This document shows positions 59,025 through 64,000 of a stretch of 64,000 bases of DNA, in pieces. The notes under the pieces were generated by a model, which saw only the letters and a list, made by a program, of their open reading frames with translations, did no database searches and was not told the DNA's origin. This stretch comes from Chlorobiota bacterium (lineage in GTDB: Bacteria; Bacteroidota; Ignavibacteria; Kapaibacteriales; NICIL-2), in the NCBI GenBank assembly GCA_039810585.1, contig JBDHXF010000001.1, positions 17,723-81,722 on the forward strand. Reading direction: 5' to 3'. The position numbers were made by a program, and so were the translations under genes. The stretch's first letter is position 1. Each line of letters begins with the position of its first letter.

Positions 59025-61025
59025 ATGCTTTCTCTCGACACCCCTCACTCTTCCGAACCCGGTTCCGCACGTCAAGAACTGGAGTCTGTCTATCACCAAT
59101 TGGTGGACGATCTGGCTCCCGAGACACGTCGACTTCTTGAAGGTTGGGTTGCGGCGCGCGCCAATTACGAAGGTGAAGAGTACAGCTATACCGTTCGAGA
59201 TAAGACTATCAAAGTGCGCAACTTCCTGGAGTCGCTTTCACACACTCGTATCCCAAAAATTGCCGTTCCCACCTACAGCGATTGGGGGGATATCGTCCGC
59301 TGGTCCATGCAGGAAAATTTCCCCGGCTCCTTTCCCTATACTGCCGGAGTGTACCCCTTCAAGCGTGCCAATGAAGACCCAACGCGGATGTTTGCCGGCG
59401 AAGGCGCTCCCGAGCGAACCAACAAGCGTTTCCATTATTTGAGCCACGGCATGCCCGCCGCTCGGTTGTCGACAGCCTTCGATTCGGTTACCCTCTATGG
59501 CGAAGACCCCGATCGCCGCCCTGACATCTATGGAAAAGTGGGTAACTCGGGTGTGAGCATCGCCACCGTGGACGACGCTAAGAAGCTGTATTCGGGTTTT
59601 GACTTGAGCGCTGCCAGCACCTCTGTGTCGATGACCATCAATGGACCCGCTCCGATGGTTCTCGCCTTTTTCATGAATGCAGCTATCGATCAAGAGTGCG
59701 AGAAATTCATCCACGAGCAAGGTCGCAGCGAAGAAGTACGCCAGCGCATCGACAGTTTGTTCGCAGCCAAAGGCCTGTCCCGTCCCTTCTACGGTCAAGA
59801 ACGCTCAGACGCGTTGCCGGATGGAAACACCGGCCTTGGTCTCTTCCTCCTGGGCGTCAGTGGAGATGAATTGCTCAGTGCCGATGAATACGCGCGCTGC
59901 AAGCAGCGCGCACTGCAAAGCGTGCGAGGTACCGTTCAGGCGGATATCCTCAAGGAAGATCAAGCCCAGAACACCTGCATCTTCTCTACCGAATTCGCCC
60001 TTCGCATGATGGGCGACGTGCAGCAATACTTTATCGATCAGAAAGTCCGCAACTTCTACTCCGTCTCCATCAGTGGCTACCACATCGCGGAAGCCGGCGC
60101 CAATCCCATTACTCAATTGGCATTAACACTCTCGAACGGCTTTACCTACGTGGAGTACTACCTCTCGCGAGGCATGCACATCGACGACTTCGCCCCGAAT
60201 CTTTCGTTCTTCTTCTCGAATGGTATCGATCCCGAATATGCCGTGATTGGCCGCGTTGCGCGTCGCATCTGGGCAAAAGCCATGAAGCTCAAGTACGGCG
60301 GCAACGAGCGTTCGCAGATGCTGAAATATCACATCCAAACATCCGGTCGTTCCTTGCACGCTCAGGAAATTGACTTCAACGATATCCGGACGACGCTTCA
60401 GGCCTTGTATGCGATCTACGACAACTGCAACTCGCTGCACACCAATGCCTACGATGAAGCCATCACCACACCCACCGAAGAGTCGGTGCGTCGCGCGGTC
60501 GCCATTCAACTCATCATCAACCGTGAGTTGGGATTGGCAAAGAATGAAAATCCCCTTCAAGGTTCTTTCATCATCGAAGAGCTTACGAACCTCGTGGAAG
60601 AAGCCGTGTATGCTGAGTTTCAACGTATCTCAGAACGCGGTGGTGTGCTTGGTGCCATGGAGATGATGTACCAACGCAACAAGATTCAGGAAGAGTCTTT
60701 GTACTATGAAGGACTCAAACACAGCGGTGACTATCCAATCGTTGGCGTCAATACCTTTCTCTCTAAAGAAGGCTCCAAGACTATCATTCCTACCGAAGTA
60801 ATCCGATCCACCACCGAGGAAAAAGATCGCCAAATACACAACCTTCAGGAATTCCAAAAACGCAATGCCGATCGCAGCGCCGCTGCCTTACACGCACTTC
60901 AACAGTGCGCAGTGCACAACGGGAACATTTTCGAAGCCTTGATGGAGGCGGTGAAAGTATGCTCGCTTGGTCAGCTGTCAACAGCTCTGTATCAGGTGGG
61001 TGGTCAATACCGTCGTAGCATGTAA
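59025..61025 (+). CDS. IcmF-type acyl-CoA mutase, linker plus substrate-binding TIM barrel only
   Basis: '[35 protein letters not shown]', '[21 protein letters not shown]', C-terminus 'VGGQYRRSM'. No DxHxxG B12 motif and no MeaB GTPase domain. Confidence 0.9.
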   Translation: MLSLDTPHSSEPGSARQELESVYHQLVDDLAPETRRLLEGWVAARANYEGEEYSYTVRDKTIKVRNFLESLSHTRIPKIAVPTYSDWGDIVRWSMQENFPGSFPYTAGVYPFKRANEDPTRMFAGEGAPERTNKRFHYLSHGMPAARLSTAFDSVTLYGEDPDRRPDIYGKVGNSGVSIATVDDAKKLYSGFDLSAASTSVSMTINGPAPMVLAFFMNAAIDQECEKFIHEQGRSEEVRQRIDSLFAAKGLSRPFYGQERSDALPDGNTGLGLFLLGVSGDELLSADEYARCKQRALQSVRGTVQADILKEDQAQNTCIFSTEFALRMMGDVQQYFIDQKVRNFYSVSISGYHIAEAGANPITQLALTLSNGFTYVEYYLSRGMHIDDFAPNLSFFFSNGIDPEYAVIGRVARRIWAKAMKLKYGGNERSQMLKYHIQTSGRSLHAQEIDFNDIRTTLQALYAIYDNCNSLHTNAYDEAITTPTEESVRRAVAIQLIINRELGLAKNENPLQGSFIIEELTNLVEEAVYAEFQRISERGGVLGAMEMMYQRNKIQEESLYYEGLKHSGDYPIVGVNTFLSKEGSKTIIPTEVIRSTTEEKDRQIHNLQEFQKRNADRSAAALHALQQCAVHNGNIFEALMEAVKVCSLGQLSTALYQVGGQYRRSM

Positions 61026-61090
61026 TACTTAGCTCCGAAGTACGCGAGCCGAACTCCGCCTGAGTGGTTGAACGAGCTCCTCACGTCCGA

Positions 61091-61121
61091 GCGCACGAAG
61101 TGCGCATGAATAAGAAATCTC
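61091..61121 (-). repeat. REP-like element copy
   Basis: Minus strand GAGATTTCTTATTC-at-GCGCAC-ttc-GTGCGC. Confidence 0.75.
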
Positions 61122-61148
61122 CTGAGAAGGTCGGGTCTCTGTTGACGC

Positions 61149-62009
61149 TTAACTTTGGACGGATTGGCGCGCACCCCAAATGCCGCGTAGGCAGACAACG
61201 AAGATGACAATAACTCCGCCGATAAGAGAAAGAGGTCCGGGTGTTTCATGGATGACAAGCATCACCCAAATTGGACTGAGAATAGGCTCTAACATGGTGA
61301 GCAGCACGCCTTCCAGTGCCGTGGCACTTCGCAGGGCAATGGAATAGAGAATGTAGGGGATGCCAATCTGTACCACACCGAGAATGCCAATGTAGCCGAG
61401 CTCGAGATTGGTGGGGAGTCCGTTTTGAATGATAAATGGTAACCCAAGTGCAACCGTAATGACATTCCCGAGCAGCATGGATTCAAGCGAGGAGCCGTCC
61501 TTCTGTTTTCGCAGGAACAGCACCATCCACCCCATACTCAAGCCGCTCAGCAGGGCGAGAATGATTCCGAACACACCGTCGGCGCTGAGCTTATCGAAGA
61601 AAAACAACCCCACCCCGCAAAGCACAATGATGGTGGTAATGATATCGAGGCGGTGGAGCCGCTCTTTAAGAAACCACGATCCAAAAAGTGCGATATAGAT
61701 CGGCGCTGTGTACTGCAACACGATGGCATTGGCATTTGTCGTGAAGGCGTTGGCGCTCACGTAGAGACTGACGGTTGCCGCATAACACAGTGCACCGCCA
61801 ATTTGTGCGGAAGACCAGTGAAAATGCAATGGCTTGCGCTCTATAAACAGTCGATACACCGCCATCACCACGGCAGCAATCGCGGCTCGTGAGGCAGCGA
61901 TGGCAAGGGGATGCCAGTGAACGGACTTGATGAGCACACCTCCGAGCGACCACAAAACGGCTGTTGTGGCAAGGAGTGCTAACGCTGTGGAGTGTTTAAC
62001 CGGTTGCAT
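61149..62009 (-). CDS. EamA/DMT family transporter
   Basis: About 10 TM helices, 'LQYTAPIY..FLKE', 'LEPILSP'. Confidence 0.88.
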   Translation of the reverse strand: MQPVKHSTALALLATTAVLWSLGGVLIKSVHWHPLAIAASRAAIAAVVMAVYRLFIERKPLHFHWSSAQIGGALCYAATVSLYVSANAFTTNANAIVLQYTAPIYIALFGSWFLKERLHRLDIITTIIVLCGVGLFFFDKLSADGVFGIILALLSGLSMGWMVLFLRKQKDGSSLESMLLGNVITVALGLPFIIQNGLPTNLELGYIGILGVVQIGIPYILYSIALRSATALEGVLLTMLEPILSPIWVMLVIHETPGPLSLIGGVIVIFVVCLRGIWGARQSVQS

Positions 62010-62011
62010 AG

Positions 62012-62047
62012 AAAAAAAAGAACCCGACAAGCACTCTCATCGGGTTC
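62012..62047 (-). terminator. Intrinsic terminator
   Basis: Minus strand GAACCCGA-loop-TCGGGTTC-TTTTTTTT. Confidence 0.8.
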
Positions 62048-62070
62048 GGTTCTGTGAGAAGAAGCAACGC

Positions 62071-62475
62071 TTACTTCACATACACTTTGTTGCCTTTGTC
62101 GTTGATGTAGTACTTGCCGCCCTTAGGGCCAACCATGATGGTTTTGCCATCTTTGGTCTTCTCACCACTGGCTTTATCAGCTGTAGCTTTGGCAGCAGCA
62201 CCGGCTTTGGCCTTTGCTTCTTGAAGCTTTGGCGTTGATGCATCCAAAGCCTTTACTTTCGCTGCATCTTTCATTCCAGCCGCCTTGTCCTTGGCGTTAG
62301 CCTTCATGTCAGCTGCCTTTGCTTTGCCCGCATCTTTCATCGCACCTGCTTTATCTTTCATCGCCGTTTTTGCAGCGGCAGCAGCCGATTTGGCTTTGGT
62401 GTCACCAGCGCCTGCAGCTAGAACAAAGCTCGAGGCAACGATCAGGCAAATAAATGCCGTCAAGAGGTTTTTCAA
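62071..62475 (-). CDS. Exported Lys/Ala-rich protein with C-terminal PBCV-type basic adaptor-like motif
   Basis: TTG start, signal peptide, AK/MKD repeats, 'GPKGGKYYINDKGNKVYVK'. Confidence 0.75.
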   Translation of the reverse strand: MKNLLTAFICLIVASSFVLAAGAGDTKAKSAAAAAKTAMKDKAGAMKDAGKAKAADMKANAKDKAAGMKDAAKVKALDASTPKLQEAKAKAGAAAKATADKASGEKTKDGKTIMVGPKGGKYYINDKGNKVYVK

Positions 62476-62705
62476 TGTCTTTCCTTAACGTTAATGGAAC
62501 AATGTATTTATACGCGAAATTACGATAAGAGGGTACCCTGTTTGCAAGCGTAAAATTGATTTCGCGCAAGATTCATTGATGGTTCAGGACTGTCCTGTCT
62601 CGAAGCAATCAATCTCAGCATCCGGCTGTTCCGATTGAAAATGATTTGTGCCAAAACGGGGTTTCAGACTATTTTTGTGATCCGCTTCGGCGGCAACCAC
62701 ACTAT

Positions 62706-62787
62706 GCGGAAGTGGCGAAATTGGCAGACGCACCATCTTGAGGGGGTGGCGCCGCAAGGCATACGGGTTCAAGTCCCGTCTTCCGCA
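62706..62787 (+). tRNA. tRNA-Leu(GAG)
   Basis: Acceptor GCGGAAG/CTTCCGC-A, anticodon arm CCATC-TTGAGGG-GGTGG, long variable arm, GTTCAAGTCC T-loop. CCA is not encoded. TATTTTTG box at 62670-62677. Confidence 0.95.
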
Positions 62788-62939
62788 CACTACATTTCGG
62801 TTCCTTCTCTCAGCGCCTCGGGCGCCATTTCTTCGTTTTCCATCTCCCTTTTTCTCAAACAGTCACTGTCAAGTACTCGACCGAAGTGGATGGTCGTGGA
62901 GATTCATCGTGCATGAGCAGCAACGATTTGTCCGTTTTC

Positions 62940-64000
62940 TCAGGATTGTGATGGTGGAGCGAAAAGTCGGCGGCGTAAGCGTCGCATCAACATTGGAATA
63001 GGCGCCGAACCGGCAAATGCCTCCGCAATGGCATAGACCACGGATGGACTAATGCGCTGGGCATCGCTGATTGCGTAGACCGGATCCCATCGGGTTGCTT
63101 CGAACTTGGTTTTGAAGGCATCTAGTCCTCGAAAATTATACAGCGGCTGCGCCAGACTACGAACAAGCCCAAACAGCACGCGTATCCATAACGTATTGGT
63201 GTGGAGTTGGGCGTGGCGAGACAAGGGTGATAAGCCTAAACTTATAAGTTCAGCTCCTTCGGACTCCAAGTTCTGCGCGGCTGAGAGTAGGAGCAATTCA
63301 ATTGTTCCGTTCGGAGCGTCCGGTCGGCGGACATTTTGCTCAACGAGCCAACCACGTCGCTCCGGGATGGGAGATACAACGCTGAATGCCACAATGCGGT
63401 CGGCTTGTGTAGCCACAAAAACTTTGCGATCGAGCAGTCGCTCCAAGGTTCGAACCTCCACCAAGAAGTGCAAGGGAGTTAACCCTCTGGTACTCAGCCA
63501 CTGCGTGAGGCATTCTTGCAAAGCCGGGTGTGCGCTCGCACGATCGTTGTCCCACAACTCCACCACTACTCCCTTGTTTCGCGCTCTGGCACACTGAGCT
63601 CGGAGCGAGGCTTTGGTAGTCATCTTCCGCACAAAGTCCGCTGGATGCCACGAAGGTTCTGCGCCGAGCAGTACAGCTTGTCCTTTGCTCAATGGATTAA
63701 GCGATTCCGCCAGACGTGTGCCGGCGCAAAAGTACCAGACGCGCCATCCGCGGCTTGCACAGTGCTCCTCGAACTCCCGGACCACCTCGTGTACACAGTC
63801 TTCCGAACATACCGGAGCGCCGGCTACAATACAGTAGTTCCTCACACGCACATAACCAATCACCGCTTCACGATGCGGCGAGAACCACAAGGCAATACCC
63901 GGATTCAAGATTTGATAGGCGGCGGTATTCCATCCATAGCGCATCACCAACCGACGTGTTTGCGCCAGCTCTTGATCGTGATCAAGAGTGTTGTCAGACG
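62940..64000 (-). CDS. DUF2156 / MprF-like aminoacyltransferase domain protein (start probably beyond the window)
   Basis: 'IVAGAPVC', 'RRPDAPNGTIELL', 'ISLGLSPL', 'YNFRGLDAFKTKF..W.PVY'. The frame stays open to the window edge. Confidence 0.8.
   Translation of the reverse strand, partial: SDNTLDHDQELAQTRRLVMRYGWNTAAYQILNPGIALWFSPHREAVIGYVRVRNYCIVAGAPVCSEDCVHEVVREFEEHCASRGWRVWYFCAGTRLAESLNPLSKGQAVLLGAEPSWHPADFVRKMTTKASLRAQCARARNKGVVVELWDNDRASAHPALQECLTQWLSTRGLTPLHFLVEVRTLERLLDRKVFVATQADRIVAFSVVSPIPERRGWLVEQNVRRPDAPNGTIELLLLSAAQNLESEGAELISLGLSPLSRHAQLHTNTLWIRVLFGLVRSLAQPLYNFRGLDAFKTKFEATRWDPVYAISDAQRISPSVVYAIAEAFAGSAPIPMLMRRLRRRLFAPPSQS

Noticed and set aside
62584-62790. 68-aa minus-strand ORF (MCGRRDLNPY...)
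   Set aside because: This is the antisense reading of the tRNA.
62706-62940. tRNA-Leu as an integration site
   Set aside because: No integrase and no duplicated tRNA 3' end was seen in the window.

Overview
This is a bacterial chromosomal window, most consistent with an FCB-group lineage such as Candidatus Kapabacteria or an Ignavibacteria relative. That assignment is an inference from Bacteroidota-type TAnnTTTG promoter boxes, several proteins with T9SS C-terminal sorting domains, an EF-G2 paralog and flagellar genes. Most of the window is housekeeping and envelope genes: fliJ/MotE/FliK-like, ymdB, EF-G2, YfhO-flippase, lolA, serS, lnt, dcd, rlmI, recO, ade, nadK, rluD, murG, an OmpA/PD40 protein and tRNA-Leu(GAG). 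Two islets look AT-richer than their surroundings: a small-protein plus retropepsin pair (~25.4-26.3 kb) and a Fic/lipoprotein/T9SS block (~34.3-39.2 kb). No CRISPR array, rRNA, transposase or integrase was seen. The main non-routine signals are five. (1) A dispersed intergenic REP-like family, GAGATTTCTTATTC followed by a GC hairpin that often has a C-TTC-G loop. (2) An IcmF-type acyl-CoA mutase lacking its B12-binding and GTPase half but with its own promoter-like box. (3) A five-copy AACAWYTAACA motif around the promoter of a Fic-wHTH gene. (4) A beta-propeller sensor kinase, receiver and receiver-adenylate cyclase operon. (5) The retropepsin two-gene module. All product calls come from motif recognition by eye; no database searches were run. 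Several starts were moved from the ORF track to more plausible codons.
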